From Kudoa neothunni (lineage: Eukaryota > Animalia > Cnidaria): a DNA stretch of 64,000 bases. Positions 41,512 to 58,162 of this stretch are shown one piece after another. The notes under the pieces are model-generated. The model was not told the DNA's origin and searched no databases. It saw only the letters and a program-made list of their open reading frames with translations. How positions within the stretch are numbered: position 1 is the first letter of the stretch; each line of letters opens with the position of its first letter. Position numbers and translations under genes: made by a program. The DNA lies in assembly GCA_964304625.1 (NCBI GenBank), contig OZ199840.1:9532882-9596881 (forward strand), given 5' to 3'.

Positions 41512-42864
41512 CCTTCTAAGTAACAATTAATCAGACCCCTCGGAGTAAACTATAACTGGGGTCCATTTTGACCCCAGAGTTTTTTTTGCGATTTCGTTTA
41601 ATAATAGTTTTTTCTATCAATATTCAAAATTATAATTTTAAGAAATGTTTTTTTCATTAATAATCTCTCGTTTTGTTTTACACAACGCATACGCCTCTAT
41701 GCAATGTTCCTATATAAATAGGACGACTGATTATTTCAAAATGACTGATACTGGAATTGGTTAGTGACTCCACAAACACCTAAGACAGACGCTGGATCTA
41801 CCAACAGATCCAGCATTTTAAGCCATATTTTTCTGACCTACTTTTTATATATTGTCTAAAGGAAACCAATTGCTCCTCAAGACATGTATTTTCTTTGGGA
41901 ATATAACATTTGTTAGCTACGTTGCCCAAATGTACCATATTTCTCTAAAGGAGCAAAATTTATCGAATAGCTTCCGTTTCTGCGTTATTAAAATAGGGCA
42001 CTCTGTTAGTTGCCAGAATCTGTACAAGGAAACAGGATCTTTTTATATCCTTCCAAATTTGGCACAACTAAACATTTCAACAGTTGGCTCTTGTCTGTCC
42101 TTATGGATAACCATGTACAATAAACAATAACTAGCCAATAAAACCACACATTTCATAACATCAAAATCTTCTCGTTTGTTTCTATAATGATTCTTACGAG
42201 GGGACTGATTTGAATATTTAATTGTTTGTTCCACTAATTCCATTGGGAAGAAATGATGGAAACATCATGCAATACTAAAGATTCTTTGTGTGGCGTACAT
42301 AGTCACACCTTGAAAAAAATTTATTTTATTGTCTGCCGCCGCATTGGCTGTTTTCTTTGGTTTGATTGCACTCAATAAATAGTTGTTTTTGTCTACATGC
42401 GAATCATCATTCTCATCGCTGACAGTCTCCTTCAAGTACACTAGGTGGGGTGTTTCATTTTCATTAGTGTCAGTATTAGTATCCTCGCCAATTTTCCAAA
42501 TGAAATCCATGTTTACACAATAGAAACTTGCATACATGCGCATGCGCATCGCAAAATTATTTGTTGGATTTTGGTATGTAAAATTGGTTTAAATTCAATC
42601 TCTGTTCAAAAATTGATATAAACAATAATATATTTTTAAAATATCGAAAAAAAGTCTGGGGTCTATTTGGACCCTAATTATATTCCGAAGATGTTTTTAA
42701 TGTAGAATTTGTTGACACAAAAATTCCAGTAAATGTATTCCTATAAAGATAAACGTGTTTTATGAGAATAGATGAAGTTTGGATTCTAATTATTATATAA
42801 CGTCTGAGAAAACAGGATGGCAATCTCGTTTGGGATCCAAATGGACCCCAATTTATTTAGAAGG
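41512..42864 (-). mobile_element. piggyBac element with decayed partial transposase
   Basis: TTAA|CCTTCTAA ... TTAGAAGG|TTAA. Subterminal GGGGTCCATTTTGACCCC-type palindromes at about 41558, 42658 and 42832. Remnants DKFCSFREIW, EQLVSF and KYGLK. Confidence 0.85.
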
Positions 42865-44469
42865 TTAAACTATTAATAATAATGCATAATTCTGGTTATT
42901 TTTAATTCATTTTTAAATCAACTATGTAATGAAGAAATTTTAATTTAAACTCCATGTATAATTTTATTTTCTGTGGAGAAGTTATTTTTAAAAAATTATA
43001 TTTTTATGAATAATAACATAATTCTAAATTGGAGTATTTAAATGTAAATATGCTTATATTAATTTTTACAAATGTGTATTGACTCCAAATAATTAAATCT
43101 CGTGCGTATAATTGACTATAATAAATTATCTCAAATCTTTGATAGTATGACGATGATTTTGAATTATTTTTATGGATTTTTAAAAATATATTGTATCCAT
43201 AACCCAAAACAGGAGTTGTATATATAAAAAATTTTTAATACGTTCATGTGCAAATTAAATTTAAGACTATTTTCGTACGGACCAAATGCGTTGATCTTTC
43301 GATAATTAAAAGTTGAAATCGATATTATCAGATATGTTAAAAATATAGAATAAAATCACTTTCCAATTAATATAGGTTGAGGCTTCATATATATTTTACA
43401 AGTTACAGTGAGAATGAAGGAATTGATTTAATTACTATTTATTTTTGATGTGATTTAATTCTCGGTTTGTTTGACTTAGAATATTTAAGGAAAAATTGCT
43501 ACCTTTTTTAAGAAGATCACGAGAACAACTAATTCATTATACGTTCGTAAAATTTTGTTGGATATCATTAGGTTCTCTCTAAATATAATTTAAATTTTAA
43601 ATGATTTCACATTATTTTTAAAGTTAGAGATTTCGCCAAAAATTATTTATCTCCGCTCATGCGCATGCGTTAATAATTACATTTTCATTGGAATGTCTTT
43701 AATGCAATTTTATGTCAAGATTTGATATGTATATTTTATTCAAATTTTATATAAATTTGTTCATATTTTAGGTCATCTCAATTTTAAGATTTAAAAAATG
43801 TTTGTGAATTTAAATTTAAAAATTTAGATATGAAATATTCTAAAACTAAATAAAGAATAAATCCCAGATTTTAATCATTTTATCTTAACTTGGACACTTA
43901 TAAGTTATAACGCTTAATTTAAAATTATCCTAATTCTTATTATAACTGTAAAAAATGTTTTTTATACGATAATAATATACAGGATAAAAATAAAATAATT
44001 CATCCAAAAGTCGAATAAGGATCAAAATCAATAAAAGGATAGTTTACACATGGTCACGTGATATCAAAAGCGTAACTAATCTGTTAATTAATTTATTTAT
44101 TTAAAATCGCTACATGTTAATTTTAGATGATTTTTTTCGTTAATATAAGAATAGATATAAATTAATAAGAGTAATTATTTTCGAATGTAAATGGAAAATT
44201 TTAATTAGCCCCTATTTCGTCCGACACAATACACCACATTAGCTATCCGAAGGTTAGAGTTCTAATAAATTGAGAAATTGTTCATTATATTAAAATATTT
44301 TATGTCAAAATCGTCATTGTTGTTAGTAACGCAACGTTTGATTGACAAAAATGGAATGTTTTTGAAACTGGGTTTTGTAAATAAAGTGACGCGTATGTGT
44401 GATGTAGCTATCACATTGCTATTGATATTTTGACACTAGATTCAATTGATATCGGCCAAACAAGAAAAT

Positions 44470-45300
44470 ATGGGATGGTTGTATTTTGTGCTAGTAATCT
44501 TCATGGGAAGCGAATGTAAAACATTTTTCAATAATTTTTTATTAATTCCCGAAGATTATATAACAAGTAACTGAAGTGTAATCGTAACTTTTAAGTAAAT
44601 ATATGCGTTAAGCAAAATCTAATCAGGAAGGAAAAACAGGATGTAGACGCAGTGAGATAACTCACAGTGATGTGGTTATGGGTCGTTCTCTCATCCCTCA
44701 TTTGCTCAATAGTACAGATACCACCTTTCTTGGTACAGTTAAAAATATGGGTGATTGTTTGGCGTTATGTTGTTCGGTGTTCAACTGCAACTTTGCCATG
44801 CTGAAGTAGCCATATCAATTTGTGTGGAAAAAATATTTATGTTTGTTTGGATTTAATTAACAGGAAGGGCTTATGTTATGGGACCAAATGTTTGGATAAA
44901 GAGTTGTGTCATTTTGACAATATAACAATCCCCGAAGAGGGTACCCAGTTGTCATTGTTGTTGAGAGGGAGTGATAGTAAAAATTACTGTAAGTTTTGAA
45001 GAAAATTGGAGTAGTCAACTCCATTTTTCTTTTGGATAATAATTATATTTTGTGAATTTAGTGTGGCTGCTCACATACAACATATTGGTGATTGTGTGCT
45101 TTGTCCTGACTGTTTGTGGTACGTTGGCTGGATTGTTTATGTTCTATAGGAAGTAATTGAATTGAATTTTAGTCTATTTGATAATAAATTTAAATAGCTC
45201 TACCATTTCCTCTTCCGCTAGCACCAACGAACACATATACATCAATCCTATCATGGATAATTCGAATGAAGAGAAAAAACCGTTACCTCCTCTAGTTTAA
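44470..45300 (+). CDS. Small type I membrane protein: signal peptide + MANEC/MANSC (PAN-like) domain + TM + short tail (exons about 44470-44515, 44613-44805, 44864-44988, 45062-45152, 45198-45300)
   Basis: Spliced translation MGWLYFVLVIFMGSE..GCRRSE..FLGTVKNMGDCLALCCSVFNCNFAMLKKGLCYGTKCLDKELC..WLLTYNILVIVCFVLTVCGTLAGLFMFYR..HIYINP..KKPLPPLV*. All introns are GT-AG and frame-consistent. Confidence 0.8.
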
Positions 45301-46321
45301 ATTTTATATCAATAGACACCTTTATTTCTTTGAAAACTGTTGAAAATAATACTCTTCTACCGGCTAGTATACAAGGCATATGAAATCAGAATTTTTGTGA
45401 TCCATCAATAGTTTTGAATAGTTCAACTCGGAATAATATTAAACAATATAGATAATTAAAGTAAACTTATATCCAATTTTTACAATAAACCCCTAAAAAA
45501 GCACATTCTAGTCGACTTTTTTGTGTAATAAAATCTTCAGCAAGAAATATAACTACGAAATTCTATTATATAGCTAACTACACCCTATGTACTGTAGAAA
45601 GCCTAAATTATATTTAGCTTCGTTGAAATCCAGATTGTATTAGATGAAAAATGTGAAATTCTAGCTGTATTTTATTAAGATAATAATATGGTATACAGTT
45701 ACGAAAATTTGGACTCATATTATGCTTCTTTTTTATAATTTTTCTGCGAATCATTATTATTTGATTTTTAAAAAATTATGATGAACAAATTATTTAAAAA
45801 TTTTCAAGTATATTATTTGTTCAATATAGTTGTTATCATTTCTTTTTTTTGGGGGTAAGCGGAATTTTGTTATCAATCGATTATTTAATTTTATTAAATA
45901 TTTAGGATAATGTTAAAAATTAGTCATAAAATTTACTTTTAGCACCATAAATGGTCATTATATGCCGCGTTATTTGCAATTATTTTATAAATATGGGGTT
46001 AGATTTCATCATGAACTCAAGCTACAAATGTTCCTAACTAACTATAACTATAACTATGGTTTTAATATTATCGCTTAAAGAAACAATTGAAAATTTGTTA
46101 ATTGCATTTTTTATAAATAGACTTAAGTATCGGGAATAAAATTAAAAAATAACGAAAGAGTCGTAATTCCCAAATATTTTACAACTGCATGGATTATGGT
46201 AGAATAAATATTGAATCAGCACTATAAAAATTCATACCCTTTTTAGAGTTTTCAATGAATCTTCAAAGCATATTAAAGGCTTATAATTTAAGCGATTATG
46301 CAGAATAAAAAGCTTTGAATT

Positions 46322-49300
46322 TTATATGACTGTTAGTCGAACAACTAGTTTGAGACAAATAAATGTTACTACACGTATAATGACGATAAACTGGAGAAGG
46401 ATCAAAGCATTGAACAAAAATCTAGAATAATCTCCGTTGTGCATGGTTTCATTGAGGCCGAAGAATGTAAGCACATCTTTTCCATTATTGAAAGAGCAGG
46501 AGTTATTTTTTAGTGCATTGCTAGAGATATGGGTTTGGAGACCAGTTGTTCCATTGTATGTGGTGGCGCCATTGTGTGAAGGAAGCTTACAAAATTGAAA
46601 TTGGCGGTTGTTTCCATATATCGATAGAAGTATATTTTCCCACCCATACTTTCCAAATGCAATATGACTGATCCATTTGATGTAGTTGTGTATGGAATGG
46701 ACATTAATAAAATAGCCACAAAATAACAGTAACGGGATTCCCACAATCGGCGCTACAAAAACAGCCACCTAAACATCACAGTTAAAAAAAACAAAAAAAT
46801 TTCAAGAAGTTACTGACGAGCTTGGTGCTAATGTTCCAATAAGCAACCCCAAAGATTGAGATATTTGAGAGAGTTGTATTAGTGTGAAAGTGAATCGTAA
46901 GTATCGATCCAAATTGCGGGGCTGGCCTGACGAAAAGTACACAATAGATGTAAATATAATTGGATTTATAGTCTATTGATCTACATAGAAAATTTCCAAA
47001 ATAATATAACTACATTGAAAGGAAGTTCCGCTATAGTTTTGCTCAAATAATACGATCCCAATGAGTACCAGTAGTTTTTGTGCTCTCGTAAAACACATAT
47101 TTTCTCCAAAGGAACTACACAAAGATCATTAAGATTTATACAGACACACTGTTTAAATTAAAATACACGTAAGAACTGTTGGCATTAGACCAATGAACAT
47201 GATAAAAATCATGGAGAAGAATAAACATCCCGTGTTATCGAAAATTTTGTTGCCATCATCTCCAATATTGTAATAGATCAGACAAATAAGTAGAGCGATG
47301 ATGATATTTGAAAAGAATTTTGTCGTAAGCAACAACCAATCTCTATACATGCATTGAAATTCTCGTTTAGAGAGAATACACATCTATTCACCAATAAAGA
47401 TTGATATACGGAGTGTGGAGAGTTTACGCGTTCTACATGGTTCAATCGACCTTTAGGATGGTCATAATCTTCAAAGAAAATGGCTGACTTAGTTGTGGAC
47501 AACAACATTGAGTGTCGATTAGGATTGGCTCCACTTGCATCAGCTGTACAATTTTCTTCAAAAATACATGAGTCTTTCTCGGCAGAAATTTTTTGGCTGT
47601 AACTTTCCCAAAGTTGTTTAAGATAGGTGATATCGTAATGTTCGCCATAGGCCAGCTCTAAAACTATAAACAAATTTTCCAACATTCAATTCAGTATAAT
47701 ATCCGCTTTTTAAATCAACCGAAGTATAATTGAAACTATTAAAACAACAGTTTAATCTTACAAAAATCGGCAGGATTGTAATATTTTGGGCAGTTTAATC
47801 GAATTGATCTGAGGTATTGCAAAATTCTAGTAAGTGTTCCGCTAAAAAGTATGCTCCCATTGGAAATGACTATAATCTACAGAGATAAATATCAAATCAA
47901 AAATACTTTAATTGTTTAAAAAACCAACTTGATCAAAATATGAAAGAATAGCAGAACTGGGTTGATGAATGGAACAGCAAACCGTTTTGCCTTTACTCGC
48001 CAACTTTTTGATGATTCGAATACATTGAATGGCACTAGGGCTATCCAATCCACTAAAATTTACACCAGGTATAATCAAAATATTGCAATACACACTCTTT
48101 ATCCCAATACCTAGTTGGTTCATCCAGATATATAACCGAAGGGTTTCGAATCAACTCCAACGCTATAGACAATCTCTTTTTTTGACCACCAGACAATGCT
48201 TGGGTATACACATTTTTACATATGTCTAGATTGAACGACTCTAAGTGATATTCAATCTAAAAATTAATCACAATTCTTTGCAGGCAAGTAATAAAATCAA
48301 GTGATATTAAAATATAACCAGCATTGAATAAAATATGACTTTAATTAATACAATTAGAAAATATTAAATTTTTTGAAAAAACGGAAGTAAATGCTTGTTT
48401 ATTTTCATGAGATCACGTTTTGGAAAATTAGAGTTCATACGATTGATTTAATATGTTGACTATGGAAACCATTCAGTTTGCAGTAGATCTGAAAAATAAT
48501 TTATTAGAAAATAAACAAAACATCGTGAATATTATAGAGATTAAAAAAATATAATGTTAAAAATACAAATTTTTTGTGTTGATAATAATCACAGTTATCG
48601 TTAAGATTATTTATTTAATCCAAAATAGAGTTTTAATTCTTTTTTAACTTTAATGGTTAATTAAGAATAATAATAATAATAATAACAATAAATAATAATT
48701 AACGATAATGATAATACAGATTGGTAAATTTATTAAATTTTTTCAACATTTTGAAAGACAATAATTCGTATAAATTAAACAATATTTTGCTAGCACTTAA
48801 GTTCATATATTAGACCAATCAATAAATAACAAGGAAAAATAATAATTATGCCAAAGCAATATCATCTTTATGACAGTTAAAAAGATTTTTTCAATTATTG
48901 ATTGATATAATGGAAGAATAAAATCCTTATTTCGAAATTTGTAATGGCCATTTATAGATTAAAGAATATTTGGAATATTGAGAAAGTGATTTTAGTAGGT
49001 CAAACTATCAACATGGTAGATTTTAATACTAATTTCACATACGCATACGCACGCGCAACATAATATTTATTTAATCAACCCTTATTACAAGTTGTATTCT
49101 GATTTAGTTTGTTAAATTTGTTAAATTCGCAATGTTTAATTATTTGTGGCCATCCCTTTGCTCTTAGGGTGAAGCAATAATTAAATATAACCAAAATTAA
49201 TGAGTGACACCCGCTTATTATTCACATTTACACTGCCAATACCCACTTTTAATATTTAATATATATGCTAAGTAAATATCTGTTTAGTATTAGTGTTTAA

Positions 49301-51196
49301 TATCACTTAATTTTTATATTATGGATTGTCTGTTTTTATTAGATATTGGTATTTAGGAAATTTACTAATGTATTGTTTGTGAATTAAGTCACATCAATAG
49401 TCCGATAAAAAACAGCTTAAAGTTCGTCTATTAATACTCTTATTTTAAAATATATTCAAATGATCGGATATAATACGTGATTAAATTTAACGAAAAAATA
49501 ATGCGTTTAAAATGACTCGAACTTTACAAACTTACAGTGTAATATTCTTTGTACCGATTCAACAATAAACGAACCGTTATAATTCAATTAATAGACCCAA
49601 TTATTTATTATTGACAAAATAAGCTAATTAATTATTTTGGTTTAAAACCTCTTGGTAGATTTTATATTATCTCTGGCCGCAAGGTGACCAAATTTCAATA
49701 TGATACAAGTCAATAAAATTTATATTATAATGTTATTTTTCATAAAATAATATTCTTTTAATTGAAACTATTTTTTGGTTTAATTTTTTAGAATCTTCTT
49801 AATTTAATTATATTTTATTAAAATCTTTGCTCTTAGCTCTTAGGAAGAAGTAATTAAATGTAATCGAAATTAATGGCACCTGAATATTGTTTAAATGCAA
49901 AAAGCCACTTTCATTGTTTGCCGAGACTGTAAAATTCGATAATATCAAATTCCTTGTGATTAAATAGCTAACTGCGTACCATAATTGTTTTTTAAGAAAA
50001 TAATTTGAAATAATAAATCCCTCTATGAACTAACAGAATTTTGACTGGATAGGATACTAATGTTTAAGAATGGACAAAAATATAATTTTCTACTAAAAAA
50101 ATTAACTTTCAGTTTTATAATTATTAATAATTGTTGAGCGTACATAAATACACAAAAAATGATTACACATAACGTTACATCGATATTATTTAAAATCAGT
50201 TCAGAAGAAAATATTTAATTTATCTTTGTATTGACTAGCGTTTAATAAAAATTATATAAATAATATAAATTGAGAATTTCAATATTTAAAACTTAAATAT
50301 TGTATTAAAAATCAAATCATAATAAAAGTATCTACTCACAACAACCAAATATAAATACATGCAAATATTCATGCAGCTGAATATTTGGAAGTAGAATATC
50401 ATCTTGGATAACGTAGGCTATTTGTTTTCGATTGTAGCTGTCATCGGAAATGTCGTCACTTTGAAGTTTTACATATCCATAGGTTGGTTTTCTAGTAAAT
50501 GCGGAAAAAAATAAAAAAACCCAATTGATCAGGATTCTCTATAATCGACTTGAAACAAAGATCGTAAATGGTGTATTTGGTACAAAATCTTCCATTTTTA
50601 AAAATTTTAATTCAAGCTAACAATTACATTCTCAATGCAAGCACGTTCAATAAGCTTGTTTTTCCGCACCCTTTCCGTAGTTCCGACACAAAACCAAATA
50701 AATAAAATATTTCCGTATGTTAATAATAAAATACCTGAAGGGCCTAGTATACATGTCAATTTTCCAGTTGGTACAACTCCCGTAACATTATCCAATATAG
50801 TAATAGTGTTGTCTAGTTATTTATTTCAATTTAAAACCGAATCGATGTACATAGATACTTGAGTTAGTTTTTAACGTTTTACACAATGTTATATGATTGA
50901 AGTAGACATTCATATTAAATAGCCACTGTTAATAAAACCAACAATGTACAGAGAAATTAATAGAGGGGTTGTTGGGAATTTACCCTTGGCAGAAAATTGT
51001 TAGTGTTTCTTTAACGCAATTATCGATAGAAAACAGCATCAAATTGGTTTTTGATCGAATTAACTTGCGTGAAAATTGTCTACTATAGTTTCGACGATTT
51101 ATAATTGAATGCGACAGTGGAAGGCTATCATCATCACAAAAAACGTCATCATTAAAAAACCATTCTCGAAATAAAATAAAATGAAACTCGATGCAT
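46322..51196 (-). CDS. ABCG/white-family half ABC transporter, multi-exon; start approximate
   Basis: Walker A GPSG|SGK, Q-loop AYVIQDD, signature [20 protein letters not shown]|SGLD, SIHQPS, YNPADF, EHKNYWY, and an ABC2 membrane domain ([20 protein letters not shown]). Confidence 0.92.
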
Positions 51197-51665
51197 TCTA
51201 ATAATAGATTGTACTGTATCAGTTATACATTAGAAAATTACAACTTAAACAACCACTGATAACAGCCAAATAATGTTTATCTCTATAACCACCATTTAAA
51301 CGACCCACACTCGTGATAAGCCCAATAATCATATTACAAAGTGCCTAATAATACCTTCCGACCGGCTAATATCATATATATAATGATGGTTAATATAGAG
51401 CTTATTTAGAATAAGATTAATTATACGAAGTCTATTGGGAATAATTTTCAACTTCATCTACTAGCTGTAGTAATATTTTATTGGTTTAGTAGGTAGAATT
51501 TTATTTTATTCGAATATGATGGTTTGATTATTAATAAAACGAAGGTCTTTATAATCTGTATTCTCTGGTGGAGAATCGACAAAGTGGTGAGTTATTCAAG
51601 TAGGTTTCAAATACGTTGCAACTGTGTTATTGTTGACGGGTGTGCGTAGAGAAGTAATTTATATT

Positions 51666-53851
<2,186 letters not shown>

Positions 53852-55048
53852 GACTACTGTGATTATTTTTATCGAATTGCCATAGAAGATCGATCAGCTT
53901 CACTTTGATTGTTGCTTCTGTTCACATCATATCTACAAAAACATTACATATCAACTTGGTTTATTTTTATAATATACCTTGAAGTTTTTATGTTTCAAAG
54001 TCTGTTGTTTTCTTAAAAATCTAAAAATCTAAAAAATTACTGAATTCTAGTTATTAAACAATCAAACCATTTTTAACTCGTATTATTCTTATTTTATTTT
54101 CATTATATATATATATATATATACATATATGTAATCACGCTTGCCGAATTAATGTATTAAAAAAATCATCCCATTAATATTGAATTCATTAGGGGATAAT
54201 GATTATTTGCACCAGAACGTTTAAAGTTGGGGATTTTCTGTCAACCTTGAGTTTGGGGGTGTTTTTTAATTTGTATACAAAACTAAGGTTGTATTGAAGA
54301 TTTAAGTATTTTATGAATTAAAAAAAAGTTCATAATTAAGTATAATTAATAGAAATACTAAATGGTCATGGTTTCATCATTATGCCTAATTAAAAAGTGT
54401 ATAACACTTCGAATGTGCCTCGTATTCAGGGAGGTAGCACGTTTTCCCCGAGAATTGCCTCGGTATTGCGTTTCCATGCGTTGATTATTGAGTTCTTTGA
54501 TTTTATTCGGTATTTCATCCGATTTCATTATTAAGTTAATCATTATGCCAACATTAACAAAATATTATCATTAGTTAATGATAATAAAGTAAAACAAACC
54601 AGCCTAATTGAAAGCGAAAACAATAGAATATATACCGTCTAGAAAAACAGTCGAATTAGCGAAATTACAATATGTGAATGAAAACATCACTCATCAAAAT
54701 AAATATTATAACAAATGAACAATAATGAGATGACTTCAAGGTATCTTATGCGTTTGAAATATCAGAGAAAATCTTAGAAATAAGAATTAATACAGGAAGA
54801 CGATGATTAGCCGATACTGTATATTGTAGACTAGAAGCAAGAGTTAAATACTATTTTCTATTTTAAATATTCTGATATTTTTTGAATTCTTAAGGTTTTC
54901 TAGTGTTTAACCTTGAGATTTATCGAAATTCTCATTGGACACTCTCATACTGACGGCTAACAGTTGACAGGCGTGCTTGACAATTAGACTTTGGACTCTA
55001 GAGTTTGTGAGTTCAAGTCCTGGCTTTAACAACATGCTGATTCTATAC

Positions 55049-55367
55049 CAGTGGTGAGGAAACTTGTTTAAAATAGGAGTCGCGTTATTTTAAATTCGAA
55101 TTTTTTGGAGTCATAAGACTTAAAAGTATATTTAAGGGTTTTTATTACATTTGTATTTTGTCTCAAATTTTTAACTATTACTGAATTAATGTTTAGTCTA
55201 TGAATTCTAATTTGTGATACATGCATTATCCTATAAATTTCAACATATCCAAATTAACTGTATAAAAAAATTTAATGAAACAATAAGCCAAGTCTAAATT
55301 TTTCAAGAGCCTCAATTTCAATTCCAAAGGCCACGTGCGCTAAAGATTCGTAGTTTGGCCATCTCTA
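55049..55367. mobile_element. hAT MITE, sister of 29857-30174
   Basis: Shared blocks ACTTG.TTAAAAT.GGAGTCG and GTCTAAATTT.TCAAGAGCC; degenerate TSD TTCTATAC / ATTTATAC. Confidence 0.65.
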
Positions 55368-57384
55368 TTTATACGATGAATCCCTATTCAGTAATTGATG
55401 CAATTGAAGTAATTGACGTAAATGAGGCTATGGTTAGAGCATAAGCGAATTAGTAGCGGGATTCATAATCAGTGGAGATGGTTGGATTAGAAGTTTGGTT
55501 CGTTGAGGTCGTAAAATGTAATTAAAACCTAGTTTTAAAGCAAAAATCCTTAATGTTTAGAAGATCAAGTTATGATTAGATTATGATAGTTCCATGACTA
55601 GGATGTTTCGGGGGGTTAAATTCCAACAATATCTCAAAATGATCAGGCGATGAACCATATGTGCCATCCTACAGTGTTACAGCTTTCATTTATTCGTTCT
55701 GACTGGTCAACATTTTACAGATTAATATTCAATGTTGATTTATTTTCTTTTGTAACAAAAAACCATAACAGGCTTTTTATTTTTTTCATTTTGTTGACAA
55801 AAACGCGTGGACGTAAAATATAAGATAATGTGGGGTTAGTTTATTGAATATAAAATAAAAACAAAATATCATTTGATTTGGAATTTTTATAAATGTTTAA
55901 ATAAAATTATAATTAATGAAAACAGGTATCTGAAAGTGTATAAAGTAGAGAACATAATTAAATCGTTATAAATACAAGTTTCATGCACAATCATTTCTCA
56001 TTATAATATTTTCTTCCTTTAATTGGAATAAAATTCTAATAAATCTTTTATAATTATTTTTGACGTTCATCCTTAATTTATGAATTAAATGGATTAATAT
56101 AAATATTTAAAAACTATAATTATTCGAATTACACGTTCAACATTGATAGGATTAATAATAACTAAATTCCAATAGTTTATACAATAATGGATCGGTCGTA
56201 CGTACCTATTTGCTTTTACCGCGTGATTAAATTAAGCGTTTTCTTTCTTTCTTTTACCGAGATTAAACAATCAGTAAGTTTTAATAGTTATATCAACGTA
56301 GTAGCTAGTTTAAAATGAAGGATAAACATAGACACATGTTATAGGTACACAGTGGTATGGTTTATAATGATGTCCTCTCTAATTCACAGAGATATCAATG
56401 ACGCAATGACAATCCCTCCCCAATAATTCAGAAACGGATAATGATTTTATTGATCAAAAATTGAGCCTTTCAGAGATGGTCTTATTTTATTTAGAAGGGC
56501 TTGGTAACTATTTTAAACATCATGATTCAAAAAAATGGAAATTAATATATGATTCTAGCCCATGTGTTTATTCATTTTTAAATTGTAATTAAAAAAAATA
56601 ATTGTATTTTCATTAATATTTAAGTTACAGCTAGTTTTGTGTTTTAATATTTCTTTATGCGCAAGCGCAAAAAATACATAGTACTTACAATTTCCTTGTC
56701 CCCAAGGGGATTACGTACGACCGATCCATTACTGTAGAAATCTTGTCTAAAATCGTATTGTTTTAAGTATGCGCAGGTCTCGATAATGTGTTATTTTTGA
56801 GGCCGAGAAACACTCACACAACATCGAATGTAGATTGTATTGTTCAGTTTTAATTTTATGTCAATTTATATGGTGCTTCCCAGAATATAAGGGAAGTCAA
56901 ATTTTTTTGTTTAATAGGGGGTATTAGGCCTTATTTTTGGGGAAAATTTTAAAGCCCAGGAAACACAATACATATAACTTTTTTAATGAATTTAGAGTGA
57001 TCACTACATAAATCTTTTGATCACCGGAAAAAAATTTATAATATTTTTCAACACAAAGGAATCTCTCGAGATGATAATTATTTAAGGTTGCAAAATTTAG
57101 CACCTACAAGGTTGAAACTGGCGTCTGGGAGATTTCTCCAAATTAGGTTGATAAAAAATTGGTTTATCCTGCGATGAGAAAATAAAATCCAATATATTTG
57201 TATAAAACGAAAATAATTTGACCGTATTAAAATAAAGGAGCTATTACCTCAATTAATGGTAATTTATACAGGTTATTGGATCCAAAACCGGATTCGTTGT
57301 AATTTATAATTTAAGCTAGATTTTTCAACATTGAAACCGGATTCGTTGCAGTTGTTGCTGGATCTAAATCAGGCGGCATTCAAG

Positions 57385-57675
57385 ATGTCAAGAAAAATGC
57401 ATCATCCTGAAGATAAGAGAGCTCTTGCTTGCCATCTTGTCGTTAACAGAGGAAAAGACCAGAAAGAAGTATCCGATGATTTAGGAGTTCCGAGGTCAAC
57501 ACTAGGAGACTTTGTTAAAAAATATAAGACCTCTAATTCCTCCAAAACGATTATTAGAGGAGATATGAGAAACGCTTGGAACAAGTTGACTGAACATAAC
57601 CCAAAAGGTTATTTTCAGCATTCGGAGATATTCCTTGATCAATGTTTTTCTCACATCGATATCAACCGTCATTAG
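57385..57675 (+). mobile_element. Truncated Tc1/IS630-like transposase N-terminal HTH remnant
   Basis: MSRKMHHPEDKRALACHLVVNRGKDQKEVSDDLGVPRSTLGDFVKKYKTS..RG; no catalytic domain follows. Confidence 0.6.
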
Positions 57676-58162
57676 GTTAAGATAATATGTATATTTGGTA
57701 CTTATATATATAAAACTTCTCTTTGTTTATCTAACGTTATTAAATAAATAGAAAAAATTGTCATTAAACGTGAGCTAAGGTAAGGTATTCCGGTATATTC
57801 TAAAATTTCCTCAGTTTTCCTCTGCTACAAAGCGTTCCCACTTATCTCTTAATAGATATGTGGTCAAATAATATAACGCGAAATGCATTAAAATCTTTTT
57901 CTAAGATTTAATACCCGGAAAATCTCACATTAAACACATACGTTTGGTTGGATAATGGACTTTCCGTGTGATCAGCAAAAAATTATGTATATCGTTAAAA
58001 AAATTTCAAAAGATAATTGTTCTAGTTATCGTCATGTTGAATAAATTCCACATCACAGTTATTAATGCCCGACTAAAAGACAAAATTCTGAAAATATACT
58101 CGAATATTAATAGAAACTAATTTCACGAATAAGAATTAAAAATAAAACATTGATTCCACTCT

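Noticed and set aside
54950-55030. tRNA-like B box (GAGTTCAAGTCC)
   Set aside because: No convincing cloverleaf or A box; at most an old SINE relic.
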